Assembly (NCBI GenBank): GCA_963823655.1 | Contig: CAWGMK010000013.1 | Span: 32,001-96,000, forward strand | Direction of reading: 5' to 3' | Origin: an uncultured Bacillota bacterium | Lineage (GTDB): Bacteria > Bacillota > DTU025 > MWDF01 | DNA length: 64,000 nucleotides | Shown: positions 54,706 to 64,000 of the stretch, one piece after another | Layout: each line of letters opens with the position of its first letter | How positions within the stretch are numbered: the first letter of the stretch is position 1 | The notes under the pieces: generated by a model | Database searches by the model: none | What the model saw: the letters and a program-made list of their open reading frames with translations, nothing else | Told to the model about the DNA's origin: nothing | Program-made: the position numbers and the translations under genes

Positions 54706-54771
54706 ACTTGACTTCGAAATTGCTGCTTTGTGTGATATCCTTATTCAAACACGAACTAAGGAGCAAGGTCG

Positions 54772-55317
54772 ATGAAGAAGCTTATTATAGTCAGCGGGAC
54801 GATGGGCGTAGGCAAGAGCGCCACCTGCAGGCTTCTGTATAAAATGGCACCGAGGTCGGTCTGGCTGGACGGAGATTGGTGCTGGCTAATGAATCCATGG
54901 GACAATTGTGAAGAAAACCGGGAAATGGTAATGAACAACATTACTTCCCTTCTAAGGGCCTATTTATCAAACTCGACCTTCGACAATGTTATCTTCAGCT
55001 GGGTCCTTCATAAACAAGAAATCATCGAAGAGCTTTTAGAGAGGCTATCAGGACTGGATTTCGACCTCCTCGGCTTCGCGCTGGTTTGCAGTCCGGAGGC
55101 GCTTGCTGCAAGGATGGTCGAAGACGGCAGAGAAGCCGAACAGATACAAGCTAGTACGAAAAGACTCCACCTATATAATGACATCGGCTGGAAGGTTGTG
55201 GACACGACTTCGCTTGATGAACACCAGACGGCACAAGCATATTGCAGCGGAAGCGGGTCTCTAACAGAGTCGCCATTATGGAACTTACAAACCGGAGTCA
55301 AGTCTGAGAATCAGTAA
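54772..55317 (+). CDS. P-loop (AAA_18/AAA_33-type) nucleotide-kinase-like protein
   Basis: 'IIVSGTMGVGKS', 'WLDGDWCW.MNP', 'IFSWV'. Confidence 0.75.
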   Translation: MKKLIIVSGTMGVGKSATCRLLYKMAPRSVWLDGDWCWLMNPWDNCEENREMVMNNITSLLRAYLSNSTFDNVIFSWVLHKQEIIEELLERLSGLDFDLLGFALVCSPEALAARMVEDGREAEQIQASTKRLHLYNDIGWKVVDTTSLDEHQTAQAYCSGSGSLTESPLWNLQTGVKSENQ

Positions 55318-55494
55318 TGATTAGGCATTGCCTTGTAGATTGCGGCTAACGATTGCAGTATGTGATAACATTGCTTTATCGACAGAGCAACCGGCTCTTC
55401 AAATATGGCCGGGCCGCATGTCGACCAACGCTCCAGAATACCTGATCAAGGTCGGATAGGCGGAAAGAACCAATCAATATTACGGAGGCTTACT

Positions 55495-56382
55495 ATGAAA
55501 GTCGGTTTCGCAGGTTTAGGGCTAATGGGCACTCCGATGGCCCTCAACATCCTCAAGGCGGGATATGAGCTGGTTGTCTACAATAGAAGCGCGGAGAGGT
55601 TAAGACCTTTTTTAGAGCTGGGAGCTGAAGTTGCATCGAGCCCGGCGGATCTAGCAAGAAGATGCTCTGTCGCAATTACATGTGTTAGCGACACACCAGA
55701 TGTCAAGGCAGTCTATCTGGGATCCGATGGCCTTCTTGAAGGGGCTTCATCGGGCCTGATCACCATCGATTGCAGCACGGTCCTACCGGAAGCCGAGATA
55801 GAAATCTCGAAAAAGGCATCAGCAGTAGGCGCATCCCATCTCGACGCGCCTGTTTCTGGAGGCGTGAAAGGGGCTAAGGCAGGCACACTTGCTATAATGG
55901 TAGGTGGGGACGAGGAAACCTTTATAAAGGCAAAACCGGTTTTAGAGGCTATGGGCAAAAACATCACATACATCGGAGAAAGCGGCTCAGGCCAGGTGAT
56001 AAAACTGGCAAACCAGACTGTTTTAGCCGGCAATGTGCTTGGCCTTTGCGAGGGCCTTGTCATAGCAAAGAAGCACGGCTTGGATATGCATAAAGCGATT
56101 GCAGTGCTTTCAAATGGAACCGCATCGAACTGGACCCTAATGAATCAGGGCAAACAGATGGTTGAGGGCGATTGGACTGCAGGGTTCTATGTAAAGCACT
56201 ACGTGAAGGACCTTTCAATCGTACAGGAACTAGCACGAAGGTCCAATAGCTGCCTGCCAACCGCATCCCTGGCACTTTCGATGTATAATGCGCTTTCAAA
56301 TTCGGAAGGCGGGGATGAACTGGGCCACCACGCACTTCTCAAGGTTTTCAATGAACTATCAGGAATCGAGGATGAAGAATGA
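55495..56382 (+). CDS. NAD(P)-dependent oxidoreductase, 3-hydroxyisobutyrate dehydrogenase / tartronate semialdehyde reductase family
   Basis: 'GLGLMGTPMA.N', 'YNRS', 'DAPVSGG..GA..GTL.IMVGG', 'G.GQ..KLANQ', 'KDL'. Confidence 0.9.
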   Translation: MKVGFAGLGLMGTPMALNILKAGYELVVYNRSAERLRPFLELGAEVASSPADLARRCSVAITCVSDTPDVKAVYLGSDGLLEGASSGLITIDCSTVLPEAEIEISKKASAVGASHLDAPVSGGVKGAKAGTLAIMVGGDEETFIKAKPVLEAMGKNITYIGESGSGQVIKLANQTVLAGNVLGLCEGLVIAKKHGLDMHKAIAVLSNGTASNWTLMNQGKQMVEGDWTAGFYVKHYVKDLSIVQELARRSNSCLPTASLALSMYNALSNSEGGDELGHHALLKVFNELSGIEDEE

Positions 56383-56903
56383 AGACGAGAAAAATCGGAC
56401 GCAGTGTCTCTTGTATCACAATTATCGTGCTATTTGTAGTGATGATTGTGCCTGCCATTGCCCTAGGATCGCAGAAACTGTTAGAGCAGCAGGTTCCGGT
56501 GAAGACATACACGGACTATACGAACAAGGAAGTGAGAATCGAGGAGGGTAAGATTGCCATAGTTTACTTCTGGCAGACCAGCTGTGCTCCGTGCTCAGCG
56601 ATGATACCCCTTCTCAATAAACTTTTCGACGATTATGGCGATAAGGGCTTCACGGTCATCGGGATAGGCCCCGGAGAATCAGCCAGGTCCACAGAGAAGT
56701 ACAAGAATGATAAGGGCCCGAAATACAACCTGATACCAGACCAGGCCGGAAAGGTCTCCATGGCGTTTGGCATTACCGTTACGCCTAGCATATACATTGT
56801 TGACGGGACGGGTACGGTAGTCCAGTTCAAGACAGGATATAAGCAGTCGCTCGATGACGCCTTTTACGAGGGGAATATCAGGCAGTTGCTTGGTTTGAAG
56901 TAG
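56379..56903 (+). CDS. TlpA/ResA-like exported thiol-disulfide oxidoreductase
   Basis: N-terminal TM/signal; 'YFWQTSCAPC', cis-Pro loop 'VTPS.YIVD..G'. Confidence 0.82.
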   Translation: MKTRKIGRSVSCITIIVLFVVMIVPAIALGSQKLLEQQVPVKTYTDYTNKEVRIEEGKIAIVYFWQTSCAPCSAMIPLLNKLFDDYGDKGFTVIGIGPGESARSTEKYKNDKGPKYNLIPDQAGKVSMAFGITVTPSIYIVDGTGTVVQFKTGYKQSLDDAFYEGNIRQLLGLK

Positions 56904-56913
56904 GAGGACTGAC

Positions 56914-57057
56914 ATGAAAAGGGGCTCATATGTTGCCGCGCTGATGCTTTTTGCGTTAGGCATTGCCCTTCTCGTAGCGGGCGGTATCAACGGCGAATTC
57001 ACTGCCATATACCTAAATGCCCGCATATTGTGCCTTTCCTGCATAGGTATCCAGTAG
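56914..57057 (+). CDS. Small membrane CxxC protein (CD1871A-like), absent from the ORF track
   Basis: AGGAGG RBS; MKRGSYVAALMLFALGIALLVAGGINGEFTAIYLNARILCLSCIGIQ; C-terminal 'CL.CIGI' motif, between tlpA and the Fe-S membrane gene. Confidence 0.8.
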   Translation: MKRGSYVAALMLFALGIALLVAGGINGEFTAIYLNARILCLSCIGIQ

Positions 57058-57880
57058 ATGGGCAGGATTGACAGGACGAGGACATATGTACAGGCTGGAG
57101 CGGCGCTGCTCCAGAATTCTTACTTCTTCAAGAATCTGAAGTTCTGCCCGACGCCCGCTTTGAACTGCTATGCGTGCCCGCTTGCAGTTACCGCCTGCCC
57201 GATAGGGACTCTTCAGAACCTGATTTTGAAAGGGTACCTGCCGCTGGCAATACTGGGTTTCTTGATTACTGTCGGCGCCGCCGTAGGCAGGGCTGCTTGC
57301 GGCTGGGCCTGCCCGTTCGGTTTCGCACAGGATTTACTTGGCAGGACTAAGCAAGAAGAAGATAAGCATCTCCAACCGTTTAGGATGGATAAGATACGTT
57401 GTCCTTGGCTCATTGGTCATTGCAGCGCCTTATATCCTCAAATCCCCTCTCTTCTGTAAACTATGCCCTGCAGGCACGCTTGAGGCAGGCATACCGCTTG
57501 TGCTCACTGATGCCTCCATAAGGGCAATGGTCGGCCCCCTGTATTTTGTGAAGCTAGTCATCCTGGCAGCAGTTATCGCGGCGGCAGTGTTCATCAAGCG
57601 CCCCTTCTGCAGATTCCTCTGCCCTTTAGGCGCTATATACTCGCCTTTTAACAAAATCAGCGCTTTGAAGATGCATGTAGACTCCAAATGCATATCCTGC
57701 GGAGCATGTAAGGCAGTATGCCCCATGGATATGGAGATCTACAAGGAGCCTGACAGCGGTACTTGCATCCGTTGCATGGCGTGCACTGGTTGCTCCGCGG
57801 TCGGGGCGAAATTTCTGGGCAAGGACATAATAAAGGCAGGCCGAGAAGGTAAGCTGGGGCGTGCCGCATATAAGGACTAG
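57058..57880 (+). CDS. 4Fe-4S binding membrane protein (NapH/MauN-like; frameshift near 57340)
   Basis: 'LNCYACP.A..ACPIG', 'CGWACPFG', 'FCK.LCPAG', 'RPFCRFLCPLGA', 'CISCGACKAVCPM', 'CIRCMAC'. Confidence 0.85.
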
Positions 57881-57891
57881 GGGGAAATTGC

Positions 57892-58560
57892 TTGGGCTCT
57901 TTTTCAGGAATACCCAGGATCGGCATAGATGAATCTGGCAAGGGGGACTACTTCGGTCCCTTGGTAATTTCCGCGGTTTTGGTCATGCCCGAAGATGAGG
58001 AAGCGCTGCTGGAAGCGGGCGTCAAGGATTCAAAAAGGCTTACCGACGGCAGCATTGCCAAACTCTCGAAGATTATCGGATCCAGATGCAGGTATTCGAT
58101 AGTGAGGATCGGGCCTTCGAAATACAATGAGCTCTATAAGAAGATCATGAACCTGAACAAGCTTCTTGCATGGGGCCACTCCAGGGCCTTGGAGAATGTG
58201 CTAGACAAATGCCCGGAATGCGGCATGGCCATTTCGGACCAATTCGGCGACAAGTCCTTTCTTGAGAATGCCCTTCTGAAAAAGGGCAGGTCGATAAACC
58301 TGGTCCAGATGCCGAAGGCAGAACAGGATGTGGCAGTCGCCGCGGCTTCAATAATGGCAAGGGCCGAATTCGTAAGGGCGATGGAGGCGCTGTCACAGGA
58401 AGCGGGCATCTCCCTTCCTAAAGGGGCTTCTGACCCTTCTGTGGTCAGAATAGCCTCGGAGCTCGCCTCAGTTGGCGGGGAAGCTGAGCTTGATAAGTAC
58501 GTTAAGCTGCATTTCAAGACGACAAAGCAAGTCCTTGGCTCCGGCGCGCAGACAGATTAG
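57892..58560 (+). CDS. rnhC: Ribonuclease HIII, catalytic domain only
   Basis: 'RIGIDESGKGDYFGPLV', 'GVKDSKRL.D', 'YNELY', 'LN.LLAW.H', 'DQF', 'VAAASI.AR', 'LPKGA', 'KLHFKT'. Confidence 0.88.
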   Translation: MGSFSGIPRIGIDESGKGDYFGPLVISAVLVMPEDEEALLEAGVKDSKRLTDGSIAKLSKIIGSRCRYSIVRIGPSKYNELYKKIMNLNKLLAWGHSRALENVLDKCPECGMAISDQFGDKSFLENALLKKGRSINLVQMPKAEQDVAVAAASIMARAEFVRAMEALSQEAGISLPKGASDPSVVRIASELASVGGEAELDKYVKLHFKTTKQVLGSGAQTD

Positions 58561-58570
58561 GGGGTCTATT

Positions 58571-60035
58571 ATGCTTTTTGACATCTTCATGATAATCGTT
58601 GCAGTAATTGCCTCACTATTCGTTTTCATGCTCCTTAGGGCAGCGTACATGCCATCCCGCCAGCTGGAGAGGGCTGAGGCAGCAAATATACCCGAAGTCG
58701 ATGCTGCCGTCGCCAAGAGGCTGTCCGGCGCGATCAGAATCAGGACGATAAACACGGGAGCGGCAGAAGCGGACGCGTACCCAGAGCTACTTCATATGCA
58801 TGAGTACCTAAAAGCAAGTTATCCGGCTGTTTTTGAGCGTATGGAGTTAAGTGTTCACAACAAGGCATCTTTGCTCTTGAAATGGCATGGCACTGATGCA
58901 AGTTTAAAGCCTGCGCTCTTCATGGGGCATATGGACGTGGTGCCGGTTGAGGAAAGCACATCTAGATCAATGGATCCATGCCCCCTTCTCAGGAGAAATC
59001 GAGGGGGGATTTGTATGGGGCAGAGGAACGCTTGACTGCAAGCATGTTGTATGCGGGCTGCTCGAGGCGGCCGAGAGCCTCATCAATGAGGGTTATGAAC
59101 CCAAAAGGGGAATATTCCTTGCTTTTGGCCATGATGAGGAAACGGGCGGCCGTCAAGGTGCTGCAAGCATCGGGGCTGCGCTTAAGGAGCAGGGGACAGA
59201 ACTTTGGATGATAGTGGACGAGGGCGGTAAAGTGGACAAGCCCGGAATATTCACCGGAAAGCCTTCCGAGGCGGTCGTAAGCATCGGCGAGAAAGGCTAT
59301 GCAAGCTTCAAGCTAGAAGTGGATATGCCTGGCGGCCACTCATCAAGGCCCCCGAAGCAAAACGCTGTCGAGACGCTTATACAGGCAACAAGCAGGGTGA
59401 ATTCTTACAGATTCAGGGCAAGCCTTGACGGCCCGATAGGCGAGCTTCTGAGCTTCGCAGGTTCCGAAGCCGGCTTCTGGAAGCGCCTTATGATAGCCAA
59501 CTTGTGGATTACCAAGCCGCTTGTAATAGGCATGCTATCCGCCAACACTGCGACTAGCAGCTTAATCAGGACAACCGCCGTGGTTACGATAATCAACGCG
59601 GGCATTAAGGATAATGTCATACCCGCACATGCGGAGGCTGTTGTTAATACCAGGCCGGCGTTCGGGGAGAACCCCGAAAGCGTTATGAAAGAGCTCAAAG
59701 CTGCCATAAACGACGACAGGGTGAAGGTAACACCAATTGGAAGCCAGGTCGGGCCATCTAAGGTGGCACCGCTCGACAACGACCAGTTCAGGATGCTCCA
59801 TAAGCTCATCGCCTCATATTTCGACAATGCCGTACTGGTGCCCGGCGTGCTTACAGGGGGTACGGATACCAAGCACTATGCTGATCTCACGGATTCGGTA
59901 TACCGTTTCGTTCCCGTCGCCCTGACTCACGATCTGTCTGCCGGCGTACACGGCATAAATGAGAGGATTCCCGTTGCCGAGCTGGGAAGGATGATTGCCT
60001 TCTACAGGGACCTGATGAGGCAGTCTGCGTCCTAG
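58571..60035 (+). CDS. M20 family peptidase/amidohydrolase, PM20D1/carboxypeptidase-S-like (frameshift near 58960)
   Basis: N-terminal TM; 'GHMDVVP', 'WGRGTLDCK', 'FGHDEE', 'DEG', 'GGHSS.PP', 'GGTD..HY', 'HG.NER'. Confidence 0.88.
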
Positions 60036-60067
60036 TGATGATATAATACTCGTCGGAGGTGTGGCAA

Positions 60068-61267
60068 ATGGCAGCCAAGGTTAAAATGAACGAACACGTG
60101 GAATATATAGGTTCTCAGGATTGGGACAGGAAATTGTTTGATTCCCTGATTCCGCTTCCCGACGGCACTAGCTATAACTCATATATCGTTAAAGGCTCTG
60201 AGAAAACAGCGCTGATAGATACCGTGGATTACAAGTTCTGTTCCGAGTATTTAGAGAAGATCAGCGGAACTGGCAGGATAGATTATATTGTCATCAACCA
60301 TGTGGAGCAGGATCATAGCGGGTGCCTTAATACAGTGCTTGATTTGCATCCGGAGGCGACCGCCCTCTGCTCGGAAAAGGCCAAGGATCTGATACTCACT
60401 CATCTGCACACACCTGAAGGACGCATAAGAGTAGTCAGCGATGGCGAAGTGATAAGCCTTGGGGACAGGACACTGAAGTTCGTCTACGCCCCATTCGTAC
60501 ATTGGCCCGAGACTATGGTGAGTTTCCTCGTGGAGGACAGGATGCTTTTTTCCTGCGATATGTTCGGGTCTCACATAGCAACCTCTGAAGTATTCTCCCG
60601 CGGACGGATGGAAAGCTTCGTTGAACCTTGCAAGAGGTATTTCGCGGAGATAATGATGCCTTTCGCAGTGCCGATCAAGAAAAACCTTGAAAAGGTCGCG
60701 GCTTTAGATCCTGCATTCATATGCCCGAGCCACGGACCATGCTGGACCGAACCTGCTTTCGTAATGGACCTGTACAAAAAATGGACGCAGGGACCCCTGG
60801 AAAACAGGGTGCTTATCGTCGACATATCGATGCACGGGAGCACCAAGGCCATGGTAGAAAGGCTTACGGACAGGCTTTCGGAAGGCGGCGTACAAGTGGC
60901 AAGGGTCGACATAACCGAACCGGACCTCGGTAAGATCGCCCTTGAGCTTGTTGATGCCTACACTGTCATCATCGGGACTCCGACTGTGCTTGCGGGGCCG
61001 CACCCTGCCGCCGCTTCGATCGCCATCCTGGCAAATGCGCTCAGGCCGCGCACCAAGCTGCTTGGCGTCATCGGTTCATACGGCTGGGGCGGGAAAGCTG
61101 CCGAGACACTTGTATCGCTTCTCGGTAATCTGTCAGGAGCGGAGATCCTGCCGCCCCTTATCATGAAGGGGCTTCCTGACAGCACGCAGATGCTTCAGGT
61201 GGATGGGTTCGCAAATGCGATAATCGAACGCCATAAGCTCTTCTTCCCTGAGAGCTTCAATAGCTGA
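60068..61267 (+). CDS. fprA: Flavodiiron protein (FprA, A-type flavoprotein; O2/NO reductase)
   Basis: 'GTSYNSY', 'HVEQDHSG', 'HWPETM', 'SCD.FG.H', 'PSHG', flavodoxin 'SMHGST..M', 'GSYGWGG'. Confidence 0.92.
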   Translation: MAAKVKMNEHVEYIGSQDWDRKLFDSLIPLPDGTSYNSYIVKGSEKTALIDTVDYKFCSEYLEKISGTGRIDYIVINHVEQDHSGCLNTVLDLHPEATALCSEKAKDLILTHLHTPEGRIRVVSDGEVISLGDRTLKFVYAPFVHWPETMVSFLVEDRMLFSCDMFGSHIATSEVFSRGRMESFVEPCKRYFAEIMMPFAVPIKKNLEKVAALDPAFICPSHGPCWTEPAFVMDLYKKWTQGPLENRVLIVDISMHGSTKAMVERLTDRLSEGGVQVARVDITEPDLGKIALELVDAYTVIIGTPTVLAGPHPAAASIAILANALRPRTKLLGVIGSYGWGGKAAETLVSLLGNLSGAEILPPLIMKGLPDSTQMLQVDGFANAIIERHKLFFPESFNS

Positions 61268-61290
61268 TTAGCAAATAGGCTAAAGAATGG

Positions 61291-61328
61291 AACGGGCCCG
61301 CACTCTGACTTGATAGTGCGGGCCCGTT
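61291..61328. terminator. Hairpin between convergent genes (terminator)
   Basis: 14-bp stem AACGGGCCCGCACT/AGTGCGGGCCCGTT. Confidence 0.7.
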
Positions 61329-61365
61329 ATCCATATTTCGGCCGACGGCCGTCACTCTAGAAGTC

Positions 61366-62163
61366 TCAGGTAGTGCCGGAGCTTTCATTCCATACTCCGC
61401 TTTCAGCTTCCTCACATGACAGGGCCATCGAATTGTAGTTGGTAGATATGATAGCCTCGATACCCAATTTATCGTCAGACAGGTATCTATCGTAGCTTTC
61501 TACGCTCTCCTGCATGGAAGTGGCTCCAGGTACGGTGCCCGGCCACATTAGCCTGATGGTCTGAGCCTGCGGGTCCACGAACAGCGTGAAATCCAGGCCC
61601 CATGCAAGGCTTACCGTCATCGCCTGTGCCCCTTTGGCGCCCGCCATATACCATCTGTAATGTGCAACTACCATTGCCTTCATTATGCTCTCCTTGAGAG
61701 ACGTACTATCTGAAGTTCCGTTTCTTAGGAATTCGGCCTTCAATACTACATTTACGAAATCAGAAGCCACGTCAGATAGCGTGCAGTAGCCCGTGACTTC
61801 AAACATGAGGCCGGCTAGATACCTTATGTCATCTTTTTTTGTCTCCAGCAGATACAGCTGAAGCAAATGCTCCAATGTGCCGGAAACCCCTGGTATGCAG
61901 CACGGTTTCATAACGGGCATAATCTCAAGGGCGTTTGCGCCATTAGCATCGACGACATCTATGTAATTCACAAGCCCGAATGCTTGGACGACAGCCTCGA
62001 TGGTTGGCTGCTGTGCCATGGAGCCAGCTGCCCAGGACGAATATTTATAGAACTGACCTAAGTCAAGCTCGGGCCTGGCAGCCCTTGGTTCTTCATATGA
62101 TAATGAAGCCGCTGAGGCCAATATGATGACTGCTATCGTAAGTAAGGTGATCCTCTTTAACAT
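61366..62163 (-). CDS. Hypothetical secreted protein
   Basis: Long ORF with RBS and a Sec-type signal peptide 'MLKRITLLTIAVIILASAA'; no family recognised. Confidence 0.6.
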   Translation of the reverse strand: MLKRITLLTIAVIILASAASLSYEEPRAARPELDLGQFYKYSSWAAGSMAQQPTIEAVVQAFGLVNYIDVVDANGANALEIMPVMKPCCIPGVSGTLEHLLQLYLLETKKDDIRYLAGLMFEVTGYCTLSDVASDFVNVVLKAEFLRNGTSDSTSLKESIMKAMVVAHYRWYMAGAKGAQAMTVSLAWGLDFTLFVDPQAQTIRLMWPGTVPGATSMQESVESYDRYLSDDKLGIEAIISTNYNSMALSCEEAESGVWNESSGTT

Positions 62164-62218
62164 AATCCCTCGCCTTTCATTCAGAGTACTTACCTTATAC
62201 CACAAATCGGGGTTTGAT

Positions 62219-62246
62219 AAAAGCGAACCCCGCCTTCGCGGCGGGG
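62219..62246 (-). terminator. Terminator after pckA
   Basis: CCCCGCC/GGCGGGG stem; T run follows on the - strand. Confidence 0.6.
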
Positions 62247-62272
62247 CTCATTAGGTATCAAGGTTATTCTCC

Positions 62273-63848
62273 TTATGCCTTAGGGCCTGCTGCGAGTATC
62301 TCGGCGGTCGCATCCTTAAACCTCGAGAAGTTCTTGACGAACCTTGCTGCAAGGTCCTTGGCCGTTTTATCGTAGGCATCCTTGTCGGCCCAGGTGTTCC
62401 TCGCGTCGAGCAGGTGCGAAGGCACATCATTGCAGCTTGTCGGCACCCATACATTGAAGATCGGATGGAGCTTAAACTCGGCTTTGCACAGTGAACCGTC
62501 CAGAATCGCCGTAATGATCGCCCTGGTAAGCGCAATATCCATCCTCTTGCCAACGCCATAAGAGCCGCCTGACCAGCCAGTATTAACCAGCCATACGGTA
62601 GAGCCGTGGTGCCTGACCCTGTCAGAGAGCATCTCTGCGTATTTGACCGGCGACAGGGGAAGGAACGGTTCACCGAAGCAGCTTGAGAAGGTGGTTTGAG
62701 GTTCCACAATCCCGCGCTCCGTGCCCGCAAGCTTCGAAGTATAGCCGCTCATGAAATGATAGCTGGCCATGTTCGGATCAAGCTTTGCCACAGGAGGCAA
62801 CACGCCGAATGCATCGGCGGTAAGGAAGATGACGGCCTTGGGATGACCACCCACGCTGGGCATCACGGCTCCCGGTATATAGTCGAGGGGATATGCGCCC
62901 CTGGTATTCTCCGTAAGTGCCTCGGAATCGTAATCGGCGATCCTGCTTTCGTCGTCAATTATTACATTCTCCAAGACGGAGCCGAATTTCAGGGCGTCCC
63001 AGATCTGAGGCTCCTTCTCCTTTGAGAGCTTGATCATCTTGGCGTAGCAGCCGCCCTCGAAGTTGAATATGCCCTCCTCGGACCAGCCATGTTCATCATC
63101 GCCAATGAGCTGACGTTTGGGGTCGGCCGAAAGCGTCGTTTTACCGGTGCCCGAAAGCCCGAAGAAGAGAGCAGTATCGCCCGATTTGCCCATATTGGCA
63201 GAGCAGTGCATGGAGAAAACGTTGCTCTTGGGCATAAGGTAATTCATAACGGAGAAAATTGACTTCTTCATCTCGCCCGCGTATTGCGAACCGGCGATTA
63301 GCACCAGTCTGCGCTTGAAATTGAGCATTATTGCCGCTTCCGAGTTTGTGCCATCGGTCTTTGGATCGCACAGGAAGCTCGGTGCGCAAATTACTGTGAA
63401 CTTCGGCTCGAAGGTCTTGAGCTGCTCAGCGGTGGGCCTTATGAAAAGCTGCTTTACGAATAAGTTCTGCCAGGCGAACTCGTTAATGAAGCGGACAGGC
63501 AAAGTATGCTTGGGATCGGCGCCGCAGAAACAATCCGCTACATATGCCGGGCGTGTTGACATGAATGCTTGTACTTTCTCCAGTATGCTATCGAAATTCC
63601 CTTCGCTGATCGGGCGCGTTGATTTTGCCCCATGCTATCTCGTGCTTCGAAGTCTCCTCTTCGACAAGGAACTTGTCGTTGGGGGACCTTCCCGTATACT
63701 TGCCTGTGCTGACTACAAGAGAGCCCGTGGACGACAAGTAACCCTCCTTATTGGCAAGTGCGTGTTCAACCAGCAGCGGTGCTGACAGGTTGTGGAAGAG
63801 CTTCGAGCACTTAATCCTGCCAATGCTCGAATCGAAAGCCGAATGCAT
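62273..63848 (-). CDS. pckA: Phosphoenolpyruvate carboxykinase (ATP); frameshift near 63615
   Basis: 'TGKYTGRSPNDKF', 'YAGEMKKSIFS', 'MHCSAN', 'FGLSGTGKTTLS', 'IGDDEHGW', 'NFEGGCYAK', 'FLTADAFGVLPP'. Confidence 0.95.
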
Positions 63849-64000
63849 GTGAACGCCTCCCTAATTTGTATTCTGTATACACCTAATTATATCCAAGCTG
63901 ATATTTTTTCGGAAGTGCGTTTATAATATTAAGTAGCGGCAAAGTGCGCGATTGGTGCATTGTCCGCATATAAGTACAATGCGAGGTGTGCGTGATTGAT

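Noticed and set aside
55380-55490. TPP-like riboswitch (ACCTGATC) upstream of the dehydrogenase
   Set aside because: Lacks the CTGAGA element and the rest of the TPP consensus.

Overview
A 64-kb window of core chromosome from an anaerobic, moderately GC-rich Bacillota (Firmicutes)-like bacterium. The basis is the rapZ/yvcK-whiA and gap-pgk-tpiA-eno-secG-smpB-ssrA gene order plus a GAAC-N4-GTTC LexA box. It carries peptide-scavenging genes (pepF, pepT, an M20 peptidase, two Opp/Dpp systems), lower glycolysis and pckA, tmRNA, an AfuABC-like importer, a DUF72-dinB SOS operon and redox genes. There are two AT-richer accessory patches: a broken response regulator/HD-GYP gene between whiA and gap, and ~7 kb after ssrA with a GGDEF/HD-GYP sensor, an IS3-family scar and a TetR unit. 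Many genes, including gap, carry single-base frameshifts, often in homopolymers, so most are probably uncorrected long-read errors rather than pseudogenes. I saw no CRISPR array, rRNA, tRNA, prophage or intact transposase. Best leads: a RapZ C-terminal domain fused to YvcK/GlmR; a LexA-controlled DUF72-DinB operon; a stand-alone ACP/oxoamine-synthase didomain enzyme; and non-lipoprotein solute-binding proteins that suggest a diderm Firmicute. All calls come from motif recognition by eye, with no database searches.
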